Shown here piece by piece: positions 48,262-59,557 of a DNA stretch of 64,000 bases. Below the pieces are notes generated by a model that was not told the DNA's origin, did no database searches, and was given only the letters and a program-made list of their open reading frames with translations. Location of the stretch: NCBI GenBank assembly GCA_973895155.1, contig OZ316899.1, positions 8,621,241-8,685,240 on the forward strand, written 5' to 3'. The first letter of the stretch is position 1. Every line of letters begins with the position of its first letter. The DNA comes from Marsupella aquatica. Lineage: Eukaryota; Plantae; Marchantiophyta. The translations under genes and the position numbers were made by a program.

Positions 48262-51200
48262 GTGGATGAGGACCGGGCTATGGATGAGTTGATGCACCAA
48301 TTCATGGATGCAGATGAGGGTGATCCCCGGGGTGATCATGACCCAGGTGACTGGGAGGACATTGACTTACCTCCTCCTCATAGGCATACTCCTTCACGGA
48401 ATCGACACTTGCACCAGTGGGAGGAGGCTCAAGAGCATGCACGGACTCGTCTTTTTGAGGGGTCTAGATTATCTCGTCTTTCAGCAATCATGTTATTACT
48501 GAACTTGCAGCAAAGACATGGAGCAAGCAACTTGCTTCTTGATGATATTTTCAGGACATTGCATGATCGTATGTTACCAGAGGGGAATAACTTGCCAGCA
48601 TCATGGAAAGAGGCAAAGAAAGTGTTGAAATCCATAGGCCTCAAGTATGAGGTCATACATGCTTGTGTGAATGATTGTGTTTTGTTCAGGAAGGAGCACT
48701 CAAATGCTCTTACATGTCCTGTGTGCAACGCGCCAAGATATCGTGAGGATATGTTGACAGGAAGAGTACCTCAAAAGGTTATGAGGTACTTTCCCCTTAT
48801 TCCTCGTTTGCATCACCAGTTTCGATGTGCAGAGTTGGCTAAGTATTTGGTATGGCATTCCCAACACCGTTCAGACACTACTCAGGATCCAACCATGCGC
48901 ATGATGGTTGACTCTCCTGCAAACAGATTTGTGGAAGAGCGTTGGGGTGAGTTCAAGACTGACCCTCGTCATGTTCGCCTTGGTTTGGCATCAGACGGCA
49001 TTAGCCCATTTGCACTGGCCGGCAAGGCCAAACCATACTCTGTATGGCCAGTAGTCCTCACTAACTACAACATCCCACCATGGATGGCCATGAAGAAGGG
49101 TCATTTGCTCCTATCTATGATTATTCCTGGCCCTAAGCAAGTGAAGAAGATTGATGTATACTTGCAACCGTTGATTGAGGAGCTACAGAAACTTTGGGGG
49201 GGAGTGGATTGCTATGATGGTCGAGTGCATACAGGGGGCTTACCCCGTGAGTTTCAGCTCAAAGCCATTCTTATGTGGACCATGCATGATCTTCCAGGTA
49301 CCCAACTCTTTATAAATTAAGTATGGCTTGTGCAGCTACCCATATATATATATATCGTTCTGTTTATTTTTTTTCCCTTTGGTTTGGTTTCAAAACTTAA
49401 TGGGTTTTAATTTGTGACCATTGTTTGTGAAGGGTTTGGATATATTTCTGGCTTGCAAACTTCTGGATATCGTGCTTGCCCAACTTGTGGACCAGACTTG
49501 GAGGGAGTGGCACGCCCAAAGTCTACCACCCTGCGGAAGATAGTTTACATTGGTCACACAAAGTATCTTCCTGAGGGGCATGATTGGAGGTATGATCCAT
49601 TTTTGTATGACACGGATGAGGGCCAGCCAGACACAAGACCTCAACCTTTACCGAAGGACCCAATATATTGGAAGGAGGTATGGGAGAGGGTGACTGATCC
49701 AGATGACCCATTACCCTTGGCTAGATGTGGCATGACCCGTTTGTCTGCATTGGCACAACTTCCATATTGGGAACACATGCCGATAAATCATCTATTGGAC
49801 CCTATGCATATTGAGGGGAATGTTGGGAGGTCATTGATCCGCCATCTATATGGAGAGAAAAACAACAATTGGAGGGAGAGTTGTGAGGAGATGGGGATGC
49901 ATGGCCTTCATGGTTTTTGGCCATCTATGGACCCTGACCCTCCCCTTACTATCCATCCCCCATGGGTTTTCACAAGGAGTGAGCGAATAGAGTTTCGCAA
50001 GCGGATAGGGTCAATGCGGTTTTCTACAGGGTATGGTGCCAATCTTCGCAAGGCATTTGGTGGAGATGACTCTCCAAAATGGCCAGCTTTCTTGAAGACC
50101 CACGATTATCATCGTCTATTGCAGCACGTTATTCCAGTTGCTATTATTGGATTGGGCAGCGAGGATCTTCGGGATGCACTTTGGTCATTGGGTAGATTGT
50201 TGAGATGGGTTTGTCAAAAGGAGGTCAACGAGGGAGAGATTGCTGCCATGGAGGTATTTGGAGTGGAGGTTGTGTGCAAGTTGGAGCGAGCACTCCCTCC
50301 TTCCTTCTTTGATGGTCAAGTTCATTTTCTTGTACATCTAGTGCGTGAAGTAGCCATTGCAGGCCCAGTACATTGTCGTTGGATGTATTGGGTAGAGCGA
50401 TTCATGGGAGTCATGAAATCATATGTATCAAACCGTGCTAGGGTGGAAGGTAGCATTGCCGAACGTCACCTTGGAGCAGAGAGTATGTTCTATTGTACGA
50501 ACATTGTGGCTACACTTGATCCAAATGCTCCAAGGGGTTGGATAGATGAGTCAGCACGAGAGGCAGATTATGAAGAGGATAGACTCACTGGAGCAAAGGG
50601 AGAACGACTACTAGGCTCTGCTGAACGTCTGCAACTCACCACATTCATGTTGTATAACTCACCAGAGATTGCAGGGGAGTGGACTGCATTTTATGAGGAG
50701 GAGAAGAGTAATAGTCGTCGGCCACGCCTCTTCCCCAAGTTTCTCCCATATATGAAGGAGAAGTTGACAGAGATTGATGCCTTGTTGGGTCAGGGTGAGA
50801 GTGTTTTGCACTTTCCGAAGGTCACCAATGACATTCGCACCCTTGTTCATGGTCCATTACTCATGGTCACGACTCGAACAGCCATGTGGTCAAAGGGGAG
50901 GCATTTTCGAATCCAACATCTTGATATGAAGAGAGCAGCAACACAAGATTGTGGGGTGATGGGGTGGTTCACCCAAGAGTCACAAAGTAGCACTTCTGAC
51001 CGGAATCCAATACGTTCAACTGTGGCCCACTATGGGAAGATAGAGGAGATTCTTATCGTAAATTATCATGCCCATACAACCTTGGAGGAGGTGGTGTTCA
51101 AGTGCAAATGGTTTCGGATGAATCTTGTTGGCCATAATCGGACCTGTGAAGAAGATGCATGTGGGTTCACACGATTGAAGACCAGTGCAACTAGTGTCAT

Positions 51201-51387
51201 TAGTTCCAATTGGAGGACCTCAGATCCATTTGCATTTCCCCATCATTTGGAGCAATCTTTCTATCTTCCTTATCCGAATGACCCAGAGTGGTCCATTGTT
51301 ATGCCTTACATCCCTCGCTCACGATCCATTGTTCAAGACAAGCCAAGTGTAGTTGTAGTAGAGGATTTGGACCCCTCGTTACAATAG
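48262..51387 (+). CDS. CACTA-A TnpD transposase (exons 48262-49297 and 49433-51387)
   Basis: HACVNDC, RHVRLGLASDG, YNIPPW, MHDLPG|FG, HLLDPMHIEGN, KTHDYH, WMYWVER; GT-AG intron keeps frame; upstream in-frame TAA at 48253. Confidence 0.95.
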
Positions 51388-52073
51388 ATGCGACCTAGGT
51401 AAAACCCCTATATGTTTTATCTTCATGGATATCATATACATTTTGTCATGTCATTTCACACATGCCCAAAGATTCATTGGTTGGATATAATTTTGGATAC
51501 AACTGTATATAGTCCCTTGACACAATCCAAATTGCAATCCCTAAGTAATATATGCATTTGAGTCACGTCCATTTATTCCCGATACCATTTCCCATGCTTA
51601 AAACTACGGAAGCCCATCCTTGTTCAAATCTTGACCTCGAACTACATATATCCGATATAAACCCTTTCGGACTCCATTTCCGATTCTTGTAGCATCGGAC
51701 TTATTTGTGATACACACTACTTCGGAAAACATTTCCGATACCCAACCTATCGGAAGCACTAGGCAATACATTTTCGATCACAATATTTCCGTAATTTACT
51801 CAATCGGACATCAAATGCGATACTTCAGGGATCGGACATTTAGTAACAATTTTTAGAAGAGGGGTCCGATAGTCAAGACATCGGATATGTTCCGATATTA
51901 GGAGTATCGCAAATTATGTCCGATGTTTTGGAAATCGGATACTGTGTTTCCGAAGCTGTGGGGATCGCAAGTTCCGATATTTTTGTGAACGAAAGTTTGC
52001 GTAACTCTGGCTATCGGACGCCTGTTTCATGTTTCAGCGGGAGCATCGGAAAATGAGCAAAAATGTACTAGTG

Positions 52074-52456
52074 TGTTCTTCAACATCTACAGTTGGCTGT
52101 TGTGCACAGGTTCCCTGCTGAAGGTTTGCTACCCTCAATGCCTCAGGGCCATGTTGTGACATGTAGTCAGCACCCCACTCTTCATCAGAAGAGTCCTGTC
52201 CCTCTCCCACCCACACTCGACATGCAGCATACCGACCATGTTTAATAAGGTGCAGTCTAGCAGTATTCCGATTAGTCCTATAATTCCCTTTGCAGTTCAC
52301 ACAAGGGCAGTACATCTTATGGTCCCCACTCTTGTGGCAGGCCTTCTGTTCTTGAACCCACAAAGCATCATCACGATGTTGTACTCTAGCTGGATGGAAG
52401 AGTGGCAACTTTGGAGTTCTACCCACACCTAACATATTCTGTGGCAATTGTGCCAT
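52074..52456 (-). pseudogene. N-terminus of CACTA-B TnpD (transposase-associated domain)
   Basis: KMYCPCVNCKG...RLHLIKHG; continues in frame at 42011 after removing CACTA-A. Confidence 0.9.
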
Positions 52457-53045
52457 GCTAGCTTGATTGAAACTATGATTTTCAAACTGTATCAGTGTGA
52501 CATGCATACAAAATTGGGCCTACCGTCACAGTTGTACAACTGATGCCAACCACAGTCCAATTGCTCAAACCCACAGAGCCCAATTTCTCAAATCCACTGT
52601 AGTGGGGCACCTTCTCCTTCTTGTATACAAATAGAGCATCACATATAGTGTCATCAGAATGATACTATGAACGTAAATCTCTGTGCCTTCATCATTTCCA
52701 GTATTTGTTTGCCTATTAGGAATGTGAGCAGACAGGTCTGGAATAAGTAACGTTTGTGACACCAGTGACAAATTTACAAGTGAAGTTTAGACATCAATAT
52801 GGAGGAAAGTCACACTCAAAGCACATGCTTGAAAATCGGAATCCTACCCTGGAAAAGATAATAAAGTTGATTTCTCAAAATTAATTGCCTCAATCCGCAA
52901 TGCACTGTTATAGAGTGTGTATACATGAGGAGTTCATCAAACTGCATATAAATAGTCCACATGTTTTAGCACTCTGAAAATTGTTTAAGTCCACGTGAAA
53001 CCATCAAAAAGCTCTATCTCAAGTTTGTGTTCCATCCAACCTCAA

Positions 53046-53705
53046 TCAAATCCAAGATATGTGGCTCCTAGCAGGAGTGCCTAGTGTAGGGTCAATGTCA
53101 TGGTCAGGACAGTAAAACATCCCCTTCTTGGGTTGCCCATGCGCTGAGTGATCCCAAATTGTTCGATCATGGGCAAATCCCCTCTGCTGGATAAACAGTA
53201 GGCAGTCCTTGTGCCATGCCTTAGGACACCTCATGCACTAAACCAAAAAGCCATTAGCCCCATCATTGGGCCCCTGACCACAAGTAAGACAAATATGGAG
53301 TCCACATGATGTTGTGCCAGGAACCAAACACTGCCGACAGTAAAACCGGGCACAAAGAGGGTCTGGACATTTTCTTACCTCTTCACTAATTTTTCCAGAC
53401 ACATGGCACTTAAAGCAAGAATGTTCCTCATTCTTGCAATCAACACAAAGCCATTCTCCAACATGGCCATCAGCCAGGGATATAGTTGGGCATAGCCATT
53501 GCTAACCCAAAGGACAAGAAACATTCTTATGGAAATGTCGGTGGCAAGGCCCATCACAAACAATGAGATCCCCTCCCTCATCAAAAATTGCACATACATG
53601 TGGACTATTCTGCTTAATCTCAATGTCTGAATATAAGGATAATTGAGGTGCTTGAGAGGATTCACCTCTGCAACAATTCATGGCCTTCTGCTTATTGCGA
53701 GCCAT
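53046..53705 (-). pseudogene. EDM2/NSD-type multi-PHD finger gene of CACTA-B
   Basis: CAI.DEGGDLIVCDGPCHRHFH...CRQC...CGLHICLTC...CMRCPKAWHKDC...FYCPDHDIDPTLGTPARSHISWI; frameshifts and one stop. Confidence 0.82.
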
Positions 53706-55086
53706 GGTCCTGCACACTCAGACCCTACATCAGATTGTGAAACACGAAGGAATAACAGGGTGTAGCATGACACAAAAGAATGAGGGTGCAGCATAAAATA
53801 TGACTGTATGTAACCACAAGGGTGCAGCATAAACCAATGCTTTATGGATGGCAAAGCACTAGGACTGAGCAGCGCAAATAACCTTGGCCTATGATTGGAA
53901 GCAATCACAAATATTGCAACCTGTATGCCTTCGCCTGCTGTCCAGCAGTGCTCACTCACCCTGCCTTTTTAAAATCTGTAAGGGCAACACAGAACAAATA
54001 GCAATTGAGTTTCAGCAAAGCATTGGTTCTCAAGTTTTAAAATGGACAGACTTGTTTCATTGCCTGCCTTGTGCGCAGCAGGCTAAGACTGATCAGGGAA
54101 AATTTATATATTCAAGTAGTGAGAGCTACAAATTTAAATTTGCTGGGACAGTTTTCCAGTTCTGGATACTGCTGTGCTTTATACACAGCAGCAACCTGAA
54201 TTCATTTTTTATAGACCAGCTTTTGACCACGGCTACGACTTCAAAACAATCACGCAATCAAATCATGACAAATGATAAATGCAGCAACTAGCAAAGGAGA
54301 AAAATGCAGTGGCCCTGAAGTAAACCTGGGTCAAGGCTGTGAATAAAGTTCTCACCTTGTCCCTGCATAGCATCGGGAAATTCTACCCAGAGTCTAAAGC
54401 GGGAGATAACCAGGCGACGATCCATCCCAAGTTGCGTCAGGTCTAGGAGGGTATAGCCACCGAGACAAGAAACAGGAAAACAGGAATTCTGGTAGCAGTT
54501 TTTTTTGCTGTTATCAGGAATATGCTACTGTTACCAGGAAAAGTTAGTCATTGGAACAGGATAATACTTCATTACTTCAAGCCCGATACATCTGAAAAAA
54601 AGCAATATGCATTGGGCTTCATTTACATTCTAGAGCTTAGAACCAACTAACACGGCAACAATTGTTGTCTGAAGATAAGTGAGTCCGGAATCACCACAGA
54701 CACACAACCATTAACCAGTGAATGTCACGGGAAAAAACATTGACATGGTAGGTCCCACCATAAGTAACATAATATTATAGGCCAACAATAAGGCAGAAAA
54801 CCACAAATGAAAACTCCAGACAATTTGAAACACCACCAATGATGGGCTAGCGCCTGGCGCTAGCTAAAATGGAAACAACCAACACATTTAGAAAATGACA
54901 TTGGATGAATGCAGAATGTGGGAAACAAAAATTTAAAATATCATTTGTAGTGATAGGATTACAATGAAGTAAATGGTAATAAGGAAGACTTCCATCCCAG
55001 CGCCAGGCGCTAACACAAAACTATACCGTTGTAATACGACAAAAACTAATATAACCGTTTCGAGTATAGGACAAATATATCCTTCT

Positions 55087-58000
55087 CTATAAACCATGAG
55101 CATTCTCCCTTTCCAAGATCAGTCGGACTTCTCCAACTGTGAGAATTGGTTGGCTGGTCAAAGTAGATTCCTCAACGTCTAGTTTGAAAACGTTCTGGAA
55201 AACCCAGTACAAATGTTTGCAAGGCATATATGGATGTCTGCGAGAATGTCGACGATAGAAATCCTCACAAGAACAAGTCGGGAAAATACAAATCTGCACA
55301 AAGTAACTATTCGGCGTCCTTAGATTCTCATGTGTTTGTACTTTGAATTGCTTCCCCCATGAGTTCCCAATAGAAACATCCCACTATCCCTGGACGGACA
55401 TGGTCTCTTTTCTTGCAGATTCAATCCTCTTCATGTGACCATGGGTCAAGGTCGATCGAGGAACCGTGTTCTTTCCATTCCGACTCCGGAGACGAACAGT
55501 GGGTTCCAGAAGATTGACTCTCTCTGGAAATAAGTTTACATTGATTCGAAGCTCGAAAAGTGACGGTGGAGGTAGAGGACCGTCTCTTCCTTGGGCTATA
55601 GGTATTCCCTGGTCAACAAGATACTTCATCTCAGCTTCTGAAACATTTGTTCCTTTTATAACAGGAAGAACATCGGGAAAGGAGGGCAGGTTCACTACAC
55701 CACGGCGGGGACGGCTCCGATAACATGTGTTGTTTGGGCAGAACCAAATCATTTTGGCTATGGGTTCCCCCCTGAACATGCGTTGTCCTTTGACAACAAT
55801 GCCGATGACACCGTTTGATGAGGGGAACCCAACTTTCTTCACTCTATTTTGACACTCATCTCTCTCGGAACTACCGCCAAATGAAGCGTTGCACTGTGGA
55901 CCGGCCCCAAATCTTGATGTCCGACGCAGATGCCATGAACCTTGCATGACTTCTATTTCAAGAACTCGAGATTGGAGCGATGTCTGCTGAAGTACAGTGG
56001 GAGCGCTTTGTGGGTATTGTGTTGAACATGATTGATGTCGACCCTGCGGTGTACTGAAATCATCACGTTCTGCATCCCTTGAATCATCACTTCCTGAGAG
56101 ATTGACAACGGAAATATCATCAGGTTTTTCTTCCGATACGGAAGCAAACATTGTGTGGTGCAGATTTTTACGCTTGAGTGATCTGGTATTCGGCGATGTG
56201 ATAAGGACTTTATCATGCCGGTGGGAGTCTTGTGGCAAGACAATCCCAGTTGCAGGTCCTTTCCTCTTGACAGACTTTGTTAGAACATCTCCATTGAGAG
56301 GAACGCTTCTCTCCAAGTCAAACTCAGCTGCATTGGAGAGGAGCATGTTCATCGCATCCTCGAACAGCTTTGGGGAACCTGCCTGGTCAGCTGAACGGAA
56401 AGCCAGTTCCCATATTGTAGGACCTCTTCCTCTACTCAATCCTTTCCGATATGCGGTATAGGCTGCAACCTGAGATATAGCTCGATTCTGATCCATTTCA
56501 CATGCCTCGAAGAGCCCCACTTTTTTTCATTACCCATGCTTTCATTCCTGTGTGAACAGACTCTGATCCGGTACAGTTAGGAATCCTAGCGTCTTCTTCA
56601 GCACTTTTGTCCTGGAACGGCAAAGCATAAACACTAGTGAGAATCCGCAAAACATACTAGCGCTAGGCGCTAGGCATAACATTTCGATAAAACCATCAAT
56701 ATTATTGTGTAATCACATGTTTATGAAAATAAACAGGTCAATATTTGAGAATCAATGACATTATTTGGATTCTTTGGATGGAATGTTGAGGAATGTCATC
56801 TCAAAAATGTACTTCCACAAAGGAATTTGACTTGCATATTACTAGCGCCAGGCGCTATTACCTACCAAGCGAATAAAATTTCCCCACTACCTCCAACGCA
56901 CGACCCACCACGATATCCAACTCTGAAGCATTCGGAGCTTCCCAGGTAAGCAGTTACCCGACTGCCACCATAGGTCAATCTCTCTTGAAAGTTGGTAAGC
57001 CTCTACAATGTTGGTGCGTTTCGTAATTTATCCCATAGCATTCGATGTTCCGCCTGCTTCTCTTCCAACACTCCTTCAACAGAATGGCGATGAAAAGCTT
57101 GGTAAAAATGAAAAGCGTCAGTCCTCTCCCGTTCAGGGTTTGGGTGCCCTCCAAAAAAAACATTTCGGACTGCTAACCATCCGGCTTGGGCATTGTCTGC
57201 CATGAAGCCATGAATGGTTGGATTATCTAACCCATTCTCTTTGGAAACCTCAATCATCAATCTCCAAGCCTTCTCGAATGACGCCGTGTCCTCAGCTTTT
57301 AGCTCGCAAGTAAATATTGTACACAATGCGCGGTAATTATGATCGTAAATGTGTGCGCTGAAAGTCACCCAATCCTTGGTCATTCGTTTCATGACATCGA
57401 AGCTTACCCAGGCACCTTCAAGCATCCCTCCAGGTTGCATTTGCCGCAAAAGATCCACCCCAGACCCATGGGCTTTGGAAGTCATCTTAAATATGTGAGG
57501 TCTGTCTTCTTGAGATCCTTGACCTGGAAGGATGTACCTCTGTAGAAAAGGCATGCTGATATTCTTTTGATACCAAACAAGAAAATCCAACTCTCCACGG
57601 CCTTTCTGGTCCTGCGTCCCACTCCTGAAAAGAGATGCAAACTTCTGTGGAGTAGAAACTACCATTAGAGACTGGAAAATCTCTGTCTCTTCGATATCTT
57701 CAATCTCACCCAGGTTCTCACACAAAAACTGTACAAAAGATCCTGTCGCTACATTTTTAATCCCGGCAGGCGTCCAAGTAGGATTGCCTTCCAATTTCTT
57801 TTTAATGATATCTTCAACTACCTTTTCCGCACTTCGGGAAAATACCTTACGACAAGGATGGTTGTGGGTGCCCACATGAATCGCAAGGCGAGACATGTGA
57901 CTACAGGTATCTGAGTCAAGCAGAACTTGAGGATACATATAAAACAGTCTTGTAGAGCATGCCTCTACACAAAAAGGGAGCTGTTGGCAATAATGACAAA

Positions 58001-58853
58001 CAACTCCACCCTGGTCAATGAACGATCCAACATGGTGAGAGCCTCCAAGTTTTGGGGTACCAGCCCATGCCTTTGCATTCCTCCTCTTCTTTCGGCGGAA
58101 GTAGTCACAAGTTTTATTCCTGCACTCAATAAATCCAGTACAAGAGACTTTACCGAATTCCCAATATTTCTTGGGCTGCACGTTTGCGGTGGTAGGAAAT
58201 ATTCTTGTCCAGATGTAGCAATCCTTGGTTCGGTCCATGTCCCGTAGACGAGATCCTTTTGAAAGAATTCCCGACGATGGAGGCAACTCAAACACTACGT
58301 TTCCATTGTACTTCGGAGGCAAACAAGGTACTTGTTCATGCCGGAAGTTTCCAGCCAAAATGAACCTCGAAAGTTCGTTGGACCCAGTTGACTTGAGCAG
58401 CGCGTCCATTGCACTTCTCCGATATACAATATGGGATTGCGACAATGGCATCTCCTCTTTGACCAAGACCACATCAGGCACCGAAGGCTCCACAAAGGGG
58501 ATCCTTGGTGGCTCCTCATCATCACTATCGGAAAGAGCAACTACATCCACCGGATCCCTTTGAGGGGATTGCCGATCTCCTTGATTTGGTTCCCAAACGA
58601 CAATGGAGTAGCGCAACCCAGCATTAAGGTGCCAAAATCTCACCCCGTCATCGACATCAAAAAGTGCGACAGATTCAAAGTCATTGGCTTCCGTTCCCTC
58701 CTGAACGATTGCCTCTATGTCATTCATGCGCAAATCAAACCTTCCACAAAGATAAACCTCACTTATTTGCCTGTACCTTTTGGCCACAGACACTGGAATG
58801 GAAACGATGTCACCGGTGGACATACGGGTAACTACGACTGACTGAGACATCAC
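55087..58853 (-). pseudogene. Mutator-like transposase: GCM-like Zn domain, DDE core, C-terminal SWIM; intron ~56860-56635; a few frameshifts
   Basis: KVSCTGFIECRNKTC...CHYC...C...HVGTHNHP; WVSFDVMKR; GFMADNAQAG...DAFHF; NCTGSESVH; PTCSCEDF...PCKHLYWV. Confidence 0.88.
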
Positions 58854-59080
58854 AGAAGCCTCGAAAGCAAATGAGCGCTGGAAAATTATGAATCAAAATT
58901 CCAACGACGAGGGCTGTTATCGATCCTGACTAACAGTTCCCTAAAGCCGTTATAATAAGACAATCCTTTGACACCATAAATGTATTTTGTCGTTATATCA
59001 ACGTCATTTACGATCAACGTCATTAACAATAAACGTTATTTAGGAAGAACCCTATTGTTCTAGAAATATCAGATGATGAA

Positions 59081-59284
59081 TAGCGCCAGGCGCTATTAAA
59101 AACAATCCAAAAGTAGAGGCCCTTGAAGTGTCAATTTATGTGTAGCGCCTGGCGCTAATAATAACAATCCAAAAGTTTAGGGCCCGTCTAACATCAATTT
59201 ATGTGTAGCGCCAGGCGCTAATAAAAGCAAATGACATAAAACGAATTCCTAAAGGAGACTTTGGATGATTAGCGCCAGGCGCTA
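59081..59284. repeat. ~63-bp tandem units, each carrying TAGCGCCWGGCGCTA
   Basis: Palindromes at 59081, 59143, 59206 and 59270; the first two spacers are homologous (ACAATCCAAAAGT...TCAATTTATGTG). Confidence 0.85.
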
Positions 59285-59557
59285 ATATTGATATCATTCA
59301 TATTATGAATGTATACAATGGTAAAAATAGAAGTAGGGGCCTTCAAAAGGCTGAAAAGCTTTGTTTTTTGCTAGCGTCGGGCGCTAGTTTTCTTTTGTAT
59401 AAGAAATATGAGAAAACTGGATTTTGGGGAAAGTAATGGCGTATTAACGCCTCTTATGGCTCTATATTGAATTCCCAACTGACATAAAAATTGAAGATTT
59501 TAGCCCTTGGAAATTACTAGTGCCGGGCGCTACTATTTGGTGAGCAAAAATGAATTT

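Larger units (their letters stand above)
42015..52073. mobile_element. Complete CACTA family A element (10,059 bp)
   Basis: TIR CACTAGTACATT...AATGTACTAGTG; 3-bp TSD TGT (42012-42014, 52074-52076); removal restores the host frame QPTVDVEEH|LFVDVPEY. Confidence 0.97.
34191..54445 (-). mobile_element. CACTA family B element, inserted in an intron of MTase copy 2; other end not seen in window
   Basis: CACTAGTAGAAAA at 34191; ATGAC/GTCAT subterminal repeats; PHD, TnpD and TnpA-like genes all on the minus strand. Confidence 0.85.
54449..59557 (-). mobile_element. Mutator-like element copy 3 (terminus + transposase + upstream region), cut by a Copia insertion
   Basis: Terminus GGGTATAGCCACCGAGACAAGAAACAGG matches the MITE end at 2395; 10 family palindromes. 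Confidence 0.85.

Noticed and set aside
59081-59284. CRISPR-like array of spaced palindromes
   Set aside because: Repeat is only 15 bp, spacers are homologous to each other, no cas genes, eukaryotic context
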